Positions 1 to 12,476 of a stretch of 64,000 bases of DNA are shown here, one piece after another; positions within the stretch are counted from its first letter, which is position 1, and each line of letters opens with the position of its first letter. The translations under genes were made by a program, and so were the position numbers. Below the pieces are notes generated by a model. The model worked only from the letters and a program-made list of their open reading frames with translations. It ran no database searches and had not been told where the DNA came from. This stretch comes from Octopus bimaculoides. Taxonomy: Eukaryota. Where the stretch lies: the NCBI RefSeq assembly GCF_001194135.2, contig NC_068983.1, positions 3,758,964 to 3,822,963 on the forward strand, given 5' to 3'.

Positions 1-1053
1 TTTTAGATAAAATGAAGACAGGTTTTAAATGAGATAATAATTAAAAAAAAAAAGATTTATCTTCCATCAGATTTATCTTCTCTCTGTTAAAACCCCTTTT
101 ATCTTTATCACCCCTAATGACCCCACATATCTAACATCCTACCCCTACTGAGCCACTCCTGTATCTATCACCATCAATTACCAGTCATCTCTCTACCATC
201 TAACCAACTTTCCTTACATTCTTATGAAACTTACCCCCCCCCATGCAATCCTCTGTGTCCCTTCACCTATTTTCTCCCCCCACTGTGCCTTTGTGAGAAT
301 CCACCACCATCTCTCTCTTTCTCTACCTTCTTCTCCAGCCTCTCATCTGCTGGCACAAAGCCATCTCCCTCAATATTACATCCCCCCTCACCATTTGAGG
401 GGCGGACTTTGTCTTGCATGTTACTTGGCGACCCTACTGGTACCATGAAAAAGGGCACCCAGTATACACTGTAAAGGGGTTGGCATTAGGAAGGGCATCG
501 GACCATAAAAGCCAGAACAGACAACAGAGCTTGGCACAGTCTTCTGGCTTGGCACAATCTTCTGACTTGCCAACTCCTGTCAAACTGTACAATCCGATGC
601 CAGTGGCACATGTAAAGCTCCAGTTGGCTATATGACACAATCTGTGTCCTTATATTTTAGAACACGATGTCTCCTGGGGCTAAATTACAGCAACATTTGT
701 CCTAAACCAGGAGTGCCATGTTATGTTAGCAAATAATCTTTACTCCAAAATACTGTTGCTGAATATCTCACATTGTGAGATTTAAAAACAGTAATTTTCT
801 TTGTCTCATGTTGCTCCAGTGCACCCATACATGCACAGGCCAAGCAGAACTCTAAAGGCAGATTTTTTTCCAACGGTTGGATACTCTTCCTGCCACCAAC
901 ATCCACCTGTTTTGAAACAAGATAATATTTCCCATGATGTTTTCATTGAAGACCAGAAATGGAGGTTCAGAAAATGGTTGATGTAATTGAATTATTCCTG
1001 AACTCCTACAAACACAGCAAAGAAAACGGATATTAAATAATAACAACGACGAT

Positions 1054-1085
<32 letters not shown>

Positions 1086-1657
1086 CGTGTGTGTGTGTGT
1101 GTGTGCGTGCGTGCATCTCTTTGTCTTACAGAGTTGTAAAATGATTGTCGCTGTCTTATAAGCAGTGTCATTCGTTTCCAATATTTGGTCAGATCATGTC
1201 TGGCCATGGGGAAATACGACTTGTTTGCAAACAGTTGAGGATTGGTGACAGGAAAGGCATCCAGCTGTAGAGAATTTTCCTCAATAAAACACCATCTCAC
1301 GCACACAGGCATGGAAAATGCATGTTAAAATGATGATTGTGTGTGTGGGATTTATGAGAGGAGTGCCCCTAATCTTTGTAGTTCACCATCTCAAATTCAT
1401 GACAATGATGCAGTAGTACCCAGCTTGAACATCTGCAAGTCAGTGTCTGTTGAAAAATAGCAACGGGATCAGTGGTGGGGGTGGGGGAGGGAATTGGTTT
1501 GTATGTCTGCAACAGTATTGATTCCACTGCATACACTGAAGGACCACCAAAGGATGTGAAACCAAAGGCTTGATTGAGGAGAGAATTACCAAAACCAGGC
1601 ATGCAAGTTGGGTGTAAGAGTTTAAAGAATGCAGTAATTTGAAAGAATAGATCTTAC

Positions 1658-1750
1658 CGAATCAGTGGACTGTAAAATATCTCCTGGGACCATAGTGATT
1701 ATTTTCTTCACGAAACTTCCAATTTTCAGGACTTCTTGCATGGTAAGAAA
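1658..1750 (-). CDS. FANCA: FANCA exon ak (93 nt, 0-0), penultimate
   Basis: ttacag|...|gtaaga; FLTMQEVLKIGSFVKKIITMVPGDILQSTDS. Confidence 0.82.
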
Positions 1751-2054
1751 CTGTAAGAAATGAAATAATTAAGTTCACCCAACACATACGTATTTCCTCT
1801 ATTCCTAATCGACAACATGCAGCACAGAAATTTGTCAGTGAACAGGTCGCGGTCTCAAAGCGACGAAAATATTTTGACAAATTAAATTTAAATGTTGAAG
1901 TGAATCTAACGGATTTTGTGTGTTATTTTAAATGGCTTATAAACACCTTCCACGCTGCAATTGTTTTCGTTCCAGCACACGATCTCAGATCAGGTCACTT
2001 GCTATGCAAGTGCATCTCCGTAACATACTAATTGCTAAATGTGAAATATTTCAA

Positions 2055-2274
2055 CCCTTTCGTAACCAACCAGCCTGAAACTGCCTCTGGCTCCGAGTAC
2101 AAATGTCTTGTTTTCATAAGTTCTGAATTAAAATCTTCCACCAAACCTTAGTCTCAATTTATATTCTTAACTCTAGCTTAATGATAACTAAGTTATTTTA
2201 CTAAATTCTTGGTTATATTTAAAGTAATTGAAAGAAACACAGAGCATCTCAAAATAAATACAATAATGAAAGGG
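2055..2274. mobile_element. piggyBac-type MITE
   Basis: Ends CCCTTTTCG...TGAAAGGG with TCAA/TTAA flanks; same body at 12279-12476; partial copies near 25620-25780 and 28685-28778. Confidence 0.7.
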
Positions 2275-4183
2275 TTAACATCCACTTTACCTGACTGGCA
2301 CGTAAAAAGCATCATTTGAGCATGGCTGATGCCAGTGCCGCCTGACTTGCTTCCGTGCCCGTGGCACGTAAAAGCACCCACTACACTCTCAGAGTGGTTG
2401 GCATTAGGAAGGGCACCCAGCTGTAGAAACCTTGCCAGTTCTCAATCAAAGTGTCCAACCCATGCCAGCATGGAAAACAGGTGTTAAACGATGATGATGG
2501 TTGCATGGGTTGGATGGATTTCACTGCAACAAATTTTCAATTGTTGGATGTTCTTTTCCCCATGGCCAGACATTAAATGATGATGATGATCTTTGAATGT
2601 TGGGCCACACAGAGGTGATGATTGGTGACCGAGACCTTGGAAATATGCTGTGCTTGAGAAGACCCGGCAAGCCAACTGAAACCATAGTCGTGGCCATTGC
2701 CAGTGTCATATAAATGGCACCTTTGCTGGTGGCACGTAAAAAGCACCCATTACACTCTTGGAGTGGTTGGCATTAGGAAGGGCATCCAGCTGTAGAAACA
2801 CTGCCAAATCAGACTGGAGATTGGTGCAGCCTCTCAGCTTGCCAGCCCTGGTCAAAACGTCCAACCCATGCCAGTATGGACAATGGATGTTAAATGATGG
2901 TAATAACTGGAAACGAAGGGCACCGCTTGTAAACAGGTGACACTTGTTTACAACTATCAGATGCTGTTAAGGCAAGGAGACAGCAATAATCTTGTGCACA
3001 TACGACAGGATTCTTTCAGTTTGTCTTGAAAATCCACTCTTGAGGCTTTGGTCAGTCTGGTGCTTTCATAGAAGACACTTGCCCAAGCTGCCATGCAGTG
3101 GGACTGAACTTGAAAACCACGTGGTTAGGAAGCAAACTTCTTAACCACACAGCTGAATGCAGCAAGCTCTGCAATGACACATATCCTTGTACCTGACCTG
3201 ACCAACCATGTAAGGGCATACATGTTGTGAACATGACCTGGTACCCTACCTTCACTAATTGTTTAAGATGCCTGTAGAGTGATGATCATACAGACACTCT
3301 TTGACTCAGTGGACTATCAAGGGGGTGACCACTAGAAGGAAAGAGCAGCACCAGCTGTTGACTGGAAGTTGTTTACAGCTGAGTAGACTGGAATAATATG
3401 AAATGAAGTAACTTGCTCAAGGACACAATGTGATGTCTGGTCCAGAAATCAACTCCATAACCTTGAGACTAAAACCCTATCATGATAACTACCAGCCCAC
3501 ATTATCATCATTTAATGTCCATTTTCCATGCTGGCATGGGTTACATAGTTCAACAAGAACTGGCCAGAGATCTTCACCAGGCCCCTATTGTCTGCTTTGG
3601 CTTGGTTTCTATGGCTAGATGCCCTTCCTAATGCCAACTTCTTTACAGTGTTTTTTTGTGGCACCAGCATGGTTATTTTTTACCATCATCATCATCATTA
3701 TTTAGAATCTGTTGTCCATGCTGGCATTGGTTGGACGCTTTGACCAGGGCTGGTAAGCTGGAAGGCTGCACCAGACTCCACTCTGATTTAGCATGGTTTC
3801 TATGGCTGGATGCCCTTCCTAATGCCAACCCCTCCGAGAGTGTAATGGGTGCCATTTATGTGCCACCAGCATCTGTCACGACTGCGATTTTACTTGGCTT
3901 GATGGGTCTTCTTCTCAAGCACAGCATATCACCAAAGGTCTTGGTCATTGCCTCTGTGAGACCCAAAGCTTGAAAGGAACTCAGCCACTTTGCCTCCGTG
4001 AGGCCCAACACTTGAAAGGTGCTCTTTACATGCCACTGGCACGGATGCCCATTACGTGACACCAACGTCAGCCACGACCAAGGTTTCCCTTGGCTTGACG
4101 GGTCTTCTTCTCAAGCACAGCACGTTGCCACGTTATATCAAATAAGCAATACAGTAAAACATTTGAGGACAAAAATCACTGAC

Positions 4184-4352
4184 CTTCTCAACATGGCTAC
4201 AGTGTTTCTTCACAGATGGTGTTGCTTCAAGCAGGTGGCACTGCTTAAAAAGTTCCGTTAATTTCAGGTGCATCTGTAGCAATATACTCAGATTGGTCTC
4301 ATCACAAAAGACAGAGGTAATGGTACGCTCTAGCGATGTTGCCATTACTATC
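4184..4352 (-). CDS. FANCA: FANCA exon aj (169 nt, 2-0)
   Basis: tttcag|...|gtcagt; IVMATSLERTITSVFCDETNLSILLQMHLKLTELFKQCHLLEATPSVKKHCSHVEK. Confidence 0.88.
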
Positions 4353-4518
4353 CTGAAATAATAATAATATATAGATATGTATTTATTATCCTAATACAAG
4401 AATGTTGTCGACAGTAATATTCTTAGTTTGGAATAATAAATTTGTACTCAAACAAAAGTAAAGAGCAGTGGTTCCTAGCCTGGGGGCCCGTGAATTAAAC
4501 TCAAAATTTCATACATAT

Positions 4519-4558
<40 letters not shown>

Positions 4559-4858
4559 ATAATAATATATTAGGGATAAAAATCCAAAATTACAGGTAAA
4601 AACTCAATTAAAAATCCATACATACAAGAGTGATTCAAAAAGTAATGCTATTTTGTTTAGGACAGGTATAATTACCAACACAGGAACATGTATCATTTGT
4701 GTACAAATCAGTGTATGAAAGTGAGTATGGACAATGTGTGTGTGTGTGTGTGTATGTGTGCTTATGATTTGTGTACAAATCAGTGTATGAAAGTATGGAC
4801 AAATGTGTGTGTGTACGTACGCAGAGCAAGATGAAATTACATAATTAATTTCACTTAC

Positions 4859-5019
4859 TGGAAAAAGACGACAGAAATGAACGTCTTGGAATTGTCAAGA
4901 ATCACATTTGTTATGGGATCAGATGTAAGTAAAGGATCACTGTGCAGTGACTGAAGCAAGAAAGGAAACTGTACCAAGATGTTGCCAAGAGATTCCAAAA
5001 GAAGAGGATTTTGGTAAGC
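4859..5019 (-). CDS. FANCA: FANCA exon ai (161 nt, 0-2)
   Basis: tttcag|...|gtaagt; AYQNPLLLESLGNILVQFPFLLQSLHSDPLLTSDPITNVILDNSKTFISVVFF. Confidence 0.88.
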
Positions 5020-5757
5020 CTGAAAGAAAGAGAAACCATGGTAAAACTTGCAGAAGAGGTATTCTAGGGACGCAGATATTGTGTTATTAAGAAATTTGTT
5101 GTTTAACCACATGCTACTGTGTGGTACCTTGGACCAAGGCCCCACATCAAACAAAGTCCTGTGATTGGAAATTGGTAGAGCGGAACAATGTGGGAGTGAA
5201 ATGGAAGATTCTTTCTTCGCTTGACAACCGATACTGGTGTGTTTACATCCCTGTAACTTAGCGGTTCAGCAAAAGAGACCGATAGAATAAGTACTCAGCT
5301 TACAAATAAAAAGTCCTGGGTGCGATTTGCTCGACTAAAGGCAGTGCTCCAGCATGGCCACAGTCAAATGACTGAAACAAGTAAAAGAGTTCTTAACAGG
5401 TATTTAGGGATTGTTGTTACTTAGATGGTCCCTAGTTCACAGCTATTGATGCAGGCAAAGATATACTGCAGTAAAGATACATACACACACATAGAGGCAG
5501 ATATATATATATGTATGTATATATACACACACGCACACACTTTGTAGGCAGACATATATATGATTGCTTGAAATGGGGAGTAGATAGACACCCGACAACT
5601 GATGAAGGGTCAGTCTTTCTATTACTTGTCCTTTTTTCCTCTCTCGTTATTTGCGTATTTATAAGTTGTTTACAATCTGCTGTTATGGCTTCTGTTGTAA
5701 CTTGACATCGAATGTCATTCAATTTATATCACTCCTTAATGTTACATTTTCAATATT

Positions 5758-6188
5758 ATGCATCAAACTGTTATAGGCTTTTGTTTACGGCTTCAGCGAC
5801 CGTTGAATTTCAAGCTGTTGTCAAATTATCGTTTCTGCTCCACTGAGCCCGTGCGTCAAGTAAAGAAACCACAAACTACTAAAGGTTTTCATATACCTGT
5901 GATGCTAAACGAGATACTGTCTATTTTNNNNNNNNNNNNNNNNNNNNNNNNNNNNNNNNNNNNNNNNNNNNNNNNNNNNNNNNNNNNNNNNNNNNNNNNN
6001 NNNNNNNNNNNNNNNNNNNNNNNNNNNNNNNNNNNNNNNNNNNNNNNNNNNNNNNNNNNNNNNNNNNNNNNNNNNNNNNNNNNNNNNNNNNNNNNNNNNN
6101 NNNNNNNNNNNNNNNNNNNNNNNNNNNNNNNNNNNNNNNNNTCTCTCAGTCTCAATGGTAATTTGGATATGAGAATGGATGGATTAAG
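5758..6188 (+). CDS. METTL15: METTL15/RsmH(MraW)-like mitochondrial rRNA m4C methyltransferase, 5' coding part interrupted by gap 5928-6141
   Basis: Basic, hydroxylated presequence-like N-terminus followed by FHIPVMLNEILS. After the gap, SLSLNGNLDMRMDGLR matches the RsmH motif GFS..xGPLDMRMD. A donor AG|GTTTGG follows at 6188/6189. Downstream exons not visible. Confidence 0.8.
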
Positions 6189-6550
6189 GTTTGGATTAAT
6201 TTAGCTTGTATTTTGATGTGTTTCTTCTTTCCAAACATTTATATTCTTGAAACTATTTTGGATATTTTCTAAGATTAGTTTATTTAATTTCTATAGGCAG
6301 TACTACACTCTCGGAGTGGTTGGCGTTAGGAAGGGCATCCAGCTGTAGAAACTCTGCCAAATCAGATTGGAGCCTGGTGTAGCCATCTGGTTTCACCAGT
6401 CCTCAGTCAAATCGTCCAACCCATGCTAGCATGGAAAGCAGACGTTAAACGACGATGATGATGATGATCTCATTTGGTTTTGTATTTCATGTTGTTTACT
6501 GTTGGTGGCATCCTGTACCCATATATGTATATATATATTATTTATAATAT

Positions 6551-6587
<37 letters not shown>

Positions 6588-7354
6588 GTGATGGTTAAAT
6601 TGTCACCATTTTATATTTTTTATTTTGTGCATGCACATTGTTTGTTTTTGATTTTGTGGACTACACAGTATAGTAGGGTAAGTTGGGCACTGTCTGTGAA
6701 AAAAACAGCACCATGATGCAATTCGCTCTGCCAGAAATTTGGAAATGATATGCTGCGCTGCTTGGCATTCACACTGGAAACTCCAATGCAAAGAGATGGT
6801 GAACACACGGAACAACCATAAAATAAATAGTAGAATTTTACTACGTGCATTTCGTAGCTCTATTAAAACAGATAAAATCAATTCAATTCAAAAATAAATT
6901 GATCCAAATTTAATTCTATTTAAGCTATAGTCACTCATTAGGTCTAGAATAAAAATTTAAAAAATCAATGTACGTATCTTACCACATAATAATTAATTAA
7001 AAATAGAAATGAATATAGAAAAATACGTGTTAATACAATAAATACATGAAAAACATTTAATAATATTACTTACAATTAAAAGCATAATTTACCTTATCAA
7101 ATAATTACTGTGAACTAATAATAATTATCCATTAAGATCTAGATTTATTTCTCTTCTTAATTGATGACTATTATGTCTTATCTCTTCCACTATTTCAGTT
7201 TTACGTGTCAAAAGTGGAACAATAACAACTCTCTGTTGTTATGTCAGATACTTTCACTTTAACAGTTTCACTATTAACACGGAAACTATTGCCTCATATA
7301 TACATGCATACATACACACACATATGTAAATATATATATATATATATATATATA

Positions 7355-8254
7355 NNNNNNNNNNNNNNNNNNNNNNNNNNNNNNNNNNNNNNNNNNNNNN
7401 NNNNNNNNNNNNNNNNNNNNNNNNNNNNNNNNNNNNNNNNNNNNNNNNNNNNNNNNNNNNNNNNNNNNNNNNNNNNNNNNNNNNNNNNNNNNNNNNNNNN
7501 NNNNNNNNNNNNNNNNNNNNNNNNNNNNNNNNNNNNNNNNNNNNNNNNNNNNNNNNNNNNNNNNNNNNNNNNNNNNNNNNNNNNNNNNNNNNNNNNNNNN
7601 NNNNNNNNNNNNNNNNNNNNNNNNNNNNNNNNNNNNNNNNNNNNNNNNNNNNNNNNNNNNNNNNNNNNNNNNNNNNNNNNNNNNNNNNNNNNNNNNNNNN
7701 NNNNNNNNNNNNNNNNNNNNNNNNNNNNNNNNNNNNNNNNNNNNNNNNNNNNNNNNNNNNNNNNNNNNNNNNNNNNNNNNNNNNNNNNNNNNNNNNNNNN
7801 NNNNNNNNNNNNNNNNNNNNNNNNNNNNNNNNNNNNNNNNNNNNNNNNNNNNNNNNNNNNNNNNNNNNNNNNNNNNNNNNNNNNNNNNNNNNNNNNNNNN
7901 NNNNNNNNNNNNNNNNNNNNNNNNNNNNNNNNNNNNNNNNNNNNNNNNNNNNNNNNNNNNNNNNNNNNNNNNNNNNNNNNNNNNNNNNNNNNNNNNNNNN
8001 NNNNNNNNNNNNNNNNNNNNNNNNNNNNNNNNNNNNNNNNNNNNNNNNNNNNNNNNNNNNNNNNNNNNNNNNNNNNNNNNNNNNNNNNNNNNNNNNNNNN
8101 NNNNNNNNNNNNNNNNNNNNNNNNNNNNNNNNNNNNNNNNNNNNNNNNNNNNNNNNNNNNNNNNNNNNNNNNNNNNNNNNNNNNNNNNNNNNNNNNNNNN
8201 NNNNNNNNNNNNNNNNNNNNNNNNNNNNNNNNNNNNNNNNNNNNNNNNNNNNNN
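7355..8254. other. Assembly gap (900 N); other gaps at 5928-6141, 12568-12674, 37773-37783, 53381-53660, 58582-59074
   Basis: Runs of N, most flanked by (TA)n, (GA)n or poly-A. Confidence 0.99.
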
Positions 8255-8334
8255 TCTCCCCTTGTCACAAACACACTATTTCTTTCTTTCTCTCTTTTTT
8301 CTTTCTCTCTTTCTTTCTTTCTCTCTCTCTCTCT

Positions 8335-8612
8335 CCTTCACGCGCGTACGCACAGATTTGACTTCGCCATGTCAACAAACTTCAAAATTGGTAAAAGTTT
8401 ATCGATTTTTACAGCTATACGCGGGTGCCTCTGTGAGAAAAAGTTGACAAAAACACAGATAGGGTCATGAACAATGTCCTCCTAAAATTGGAGCGACACG
8501 CGTGCTAATTTGTGGACGTGCATAACCCACATCACGTACACACACACACAAACATCTTTTGTTTTATAGATATTGATACATACAAACGACGACGACGACA
8601 CACACACACGGG
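8335..8612. promoter_or_regulatory. CpG-retaining patch, possible promoter or first exon
   Basis: About 18 CpG in 270 bp against a CpG-depleted background; ttcgccATG at 8369 followed by G|GTAAAA. Confidence 0.3.
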
Positions 8613-9015
8613 AAGTGGGGGGAGGGGGATGAAAAGTTCTTGGCTTTAGGTAAAAGGAAATACAGGTGGATTGATTAATTATGATTTTATTTAACATACT
8701 CTCCTCTCAGATCCACACACTTATTGCAGATGTCCTTTAGTTTTTCTAAGCCCTTTAAAAGAACTTGGAAGTCGGGCCTCCGAGTAGGCCTTTCACAATA
8801 CCCTTAAAGCCAGGAACTTTACAGCAGCCCCTTGTGTATATATGGCAGGTTTTCAACCAAATCCATTGACAAGTCTTTGGTCAGTCCTGTGTTTTAAAAG
8901 AAGACACTTGCCCAAGGTGTGTTGCAATGGGATTGAATCCCAAACTCCATAGTTAGCAAGCATATTCTAAGCCACACAGACATCTTTGTGCCTAACCACT
9001 CACACATACAGAGGC

Positions 9016-9048
<33 letters not shown>

Positions 9049-9152
9049 TTTACACTTGTCTACAAAGGTGCACAGACAACAAATACATAATGTTTGTTAA
9101 AATATTATCTTTTCATTCACAGCAGGATTTATGTGGAAGTTTGAATACTTAC

Positions 9153-9212
9153 AAAGTTGAGAAGATGTTGAACTGCAGCACTTAACAAATAAACAAAGGC
9201 AACACTGAACAC
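9153..9212 (-). CDS. FANCA: FANCA exon ah (60 nt, 0-0)
   Basis: cttcag|...|gtaagt; VFSVAFVYLLSAAVQHLLNF. Confidence 0.82.
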
Positions 9213-9289
9213 CTGAAGAATAAACAGACGGGAAATATTTTAAAGCAACCAATGTATTCGCAGTTATGTCATGGTTCAATCCCAGGGTT

Positions 9290-9332
<43 letters not shown>

Positions 9333-9443
9333 ACATTAAAAATAGATGATTTTGTTGAGGTTATTTCTACAGAAATTATAGCCAGCACTAAATTTTTGCT
9401 ACAGTGTTTCGTATCAAAATGTCAGAGGTTGTAGCATTGTAGC

Positions 9444-9706
9444 CAGTGGCAGACTGGGTCTAAAAATATTGGTTGCCAGGAGACTATGGGGGCCCACCCA
9501 CAGCTACAATGCTATCATTTAATTTGTTTTTTTGTTAAAAGTATTCTTTTGAACTGTCTACAAACACAGCCAGGCTGAAATAATTAATGCATTCTTCCAG
9601 GAGTGAATAAAAAAATTCTCAAACTTGAGGGGATGGGCCCCCATATATGGATTCTAATGGCATAGGGGCCCACTTGTCATTGGGCAAGCTGGCCAGTCCA
9701 CCACTG
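9444..9706. mobile_element. hAT-type MITE
   Basis: TIRs CAGTGGCAGACTGG / CCAGTCCACCACTG; 8-bp flanks attgtagc / gttgtagc. Confidence 0.75.
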
Positions 9707-9833
9707 GTTGTAGCCAACAATCAGTGCTGGCTAAAATGTCTGTCGAAATAATATTAACAAAATAATGCAAAGAGCACAGCTAACACAGGAGGACGTGGTG
9801 TTGATTTATAAAAACATTAACTATACTTTATAG

Positions 9834-10051
9834 CAGTGGTCCCCAGCATTTTAGCACTTGTGACCCCTTACCCAAAAGCTTGAAACCCACGTGGCCCCCT
9901 ACTATCAGCAGAGCATAAAAAATATAAATGAGGAGTTGAAATTATTATTATTCCAAGCCACTTCTAGCAAGGCTATGCGACCCCCTGCTAAGGCTTCGTG
10001 ACCCCCAGGGGGTGGGGTGGGGGGTCAGGAACCACTGGTAGGGAACCCCTG
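9834..10051. mobile_element. hAT (Charlie-like) MITE
   Basis: Ends CAGTGGTCCCC...GGGAACCCCTG; perfect 8-bp TSD ctttatag. Confidence 0.8.
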
Positions 10052-10244
10052 CTTTATAGTACATTATGGTTGCATAATGAAATTCCATGTGCCTGCAAGT
10101 CTTTAATTGAGAATAGAGTCTTTCTTTATCAATTAGATGGAGACATTGAGAATATTAGGATAAAGATGTTCTAGTGGAGAAAGATGGTGCCGCCACTGCC
10201 AATGATGATGGTTGTGTGTGCAAATGAAGTTAACAAATAATTAC

Positions 10245-10290
10245 CTTGACTCCAAAAATGGTCAGCATGGGTTCAGTCCAGGTAATGTTT
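10245..10290 (-). CDS. FANCA: FANCA exon ag (46 nt, 2-0)
   Basis: ccctag|...|gtaatt; NITWTEPMLTIFGVK. Confidence 0.75.
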
Positions 10291-12072
10291 CTAGGGATGT
10301 TGAAAATAATGAAAAGGTAATTAAAACATACGTTTCAAAATTGTAAAATGATAATTAAGGTAGATATCAACTTTGTTTAACAACCACTTTTCCAAGCTTC
10401 CATGGGTCACTTGGAATTTGTTAAGGTGGATTTTCTAAGACTGGATGCCCTTTCTGTCACCAACATGCACACGTTTCCATGGTAATATTTCTCCTGTGAT
10501 AAGACGTCTTCACAGAATATTGAAAACAAGGAACAGAGCTCGCATGATGGGGACACTTGTTTACAACTGTTAAGTGATATCAAGGCAATGACACACACAC
10601 ACACATCTACATGATGGGCTTCTTTAAGTTTCCACCTAGCAAATTCACTCACAAGGCTTTGGTCAGCCCAAGGTTAAAGCAGAAGACACTTGCCCAAGGT
10701 GCCATGCAATGAGATTGAACCCAAAACCATGTGGTTGGGGAGCAAGCTTCTTTATTTCATGAGATTTTCCACAAGGGCAGTACATAGATTGATGCAGAAG
10801 CAATGCGGGCTGGACAGTAACACAAATGAGATGAAACGATAAACAAAACAATGATATTGATGAGAAGTGCAACGACGCCTGCCGATCGATGCCCCTCGAG
10901 AACACTGTTCTGAAGGAGCAAGCTTCTTACCACACCTGTGCCTCCATAATTAAATTCAAAAAAGGGAATTGGCAATTAGAGCACATAGATGTTAGAGAGA
11001 GAATCTTTTTTCAAAGTCAATCCATGCAAGTGTGGAAGAGCAGACATGATAATAATTTCTAATATTGGCACAAGGCCAGTAATTTTATGGGTGGTGGGGC
11101 AATTGATGGCACCAATCCCAGGGCTGAAATGACTCTTATTTTATTGACTCCAAAAAGATGAAAGGCAAGAATCGACCTGAGTGGAATTGAAATCCAGAAC
11201 ATAAACAGCCAGAACAAATGCCAGTAAGCATTTTGTCTGAGTTGTGGCTGATGCAGTCTTGAAAAATATCAACTTGGTACTGGGAGCACAATTTGATAAC
11301 TCTATGCAGTTCTGTCATACAGCAAATAGGGATCAGACTGGCTGTCTTGGAATTATCCTTTAAGTTCATTGAAATCCAGATTACTTCAGATTAGGTTTCT
11401 TGAAAAAGTGTTGCTTTGACGCTTGTCATAACCGGCCAAAATATTCCACCCGTTTTACATTCAAACCAGTCATGTCTGGCCTTTCACACCAACCCTACAA
11501 TATCATTCTAAAAATTAACAGTTACCTAATCTACAAAATGATTAATTCCAAACAATAAGAATAAATAACCATTTTACTCTAGGCATAAATACCGCTAAGC
11601 ATTTCTTCCAGCATGCTAACGTTTCTGCCAACCCACCGCCTTTAACAACAATTATTTTCTATTCTAGGTACAAGGCCCAAAATTTTGGGAGAGGGGGCCA
11701 GTTGACTGTCCCCAGTATGCAGCTGGTACTTAATTTATCGACCCTGAAAGGATGAAAGGCAAAGTCGACCTAGGTGGAATTTGAACTCAGAACATAAAGA
11801 CAGATGAAAGACTGCTAAGCATTTCGCCTGGTATGCTAACATGTCTGCCAGCTCACCACCTGACAGGACAATGTGAATGCTAAAGAGTTAAAGTTGCCCT
11901 TTGGTACCTAGTTCCATCTTTCAAAATATTCCCCATTTCGAAGTGTGATTGTCTGTTGTTTTCCTCCTCAGTTGTGGTTTAAAAAAAACATAAAATGAAA
12001 CCCAGATAAAAAAAACCAAAAAATATAACAGCGGATGTGAACTTAAGAGAATTAAAGAGACATTAATCAAAC

Positions 12073-12159
12073 CGATGCAAAGCAAGAGAAGCTAGAGCTG
12101 CTGCTTCTGCCTGTAGAAGTACCAAGGGAGTCTCAGCATCAACTGGACTGAAGGTTTCC
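12073..12159 (-). CDS. FANCA: FANCA exon af (87 nt, 2-2)
   Basis: ccacag|...|gtttga; ETFSPVDAETPLVLLQAEAAALASLALH. Confidence 0.8.
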
Positions 12160-12278
12160 CTGTGGAGAGAAAACATATATATACACTCTGTTTTAGTATC
12201 TGGCTTGCAAGATTCTTTATGCGAATTCATGTGTTGAAGCAAATTATGTTGCGTCTGGGGAGAGTCATATTGTCTCAA

Positions 12279-12476
12279 CCCTTTCGTTATCAACCCAACT
12301 GAAACCAGCTCTGGCTCTGAGTACAAATGTCTTGTTTTCAAAAGTATTGAATTAAAATCTTCCACCAAACCTTAGTCACAATTTATGTTCCTAACACTAG
12401 CTTAATGATAATGAAGTTATTTTACTAAATTCTTTGTTGAAACACAGAGCATCTCAAAATAAATACAATAAAAGGG
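12279..12476. mobile_element. piggyBac-type MITE (second copy)
   Basis: CCCTTTCG...AAAGGG ends; shares ctctggctctgagtacaaatgtcttgttttc and caccaaaccttagtcacaattt with the 2055 copy. Confidence 0.7.

Noticed and set aside
5597-5640. CTGATGAAGGG as a hammerhead core
   Set aside because: No downstream GAAA-NUH or stem II. The same applies to CTGATGA at about 17190 and 32163.
7241-8470. Long ORFs containing X runs (also 53189-53826 and 57915-59216)
   Set aside because: Artefacts of translating N gaps and microsatellites.
11316-11400. Candidate minus-strand exon ending at gtatga
   Set aside because: No good acceptor, and the flanking exons already join in frame.
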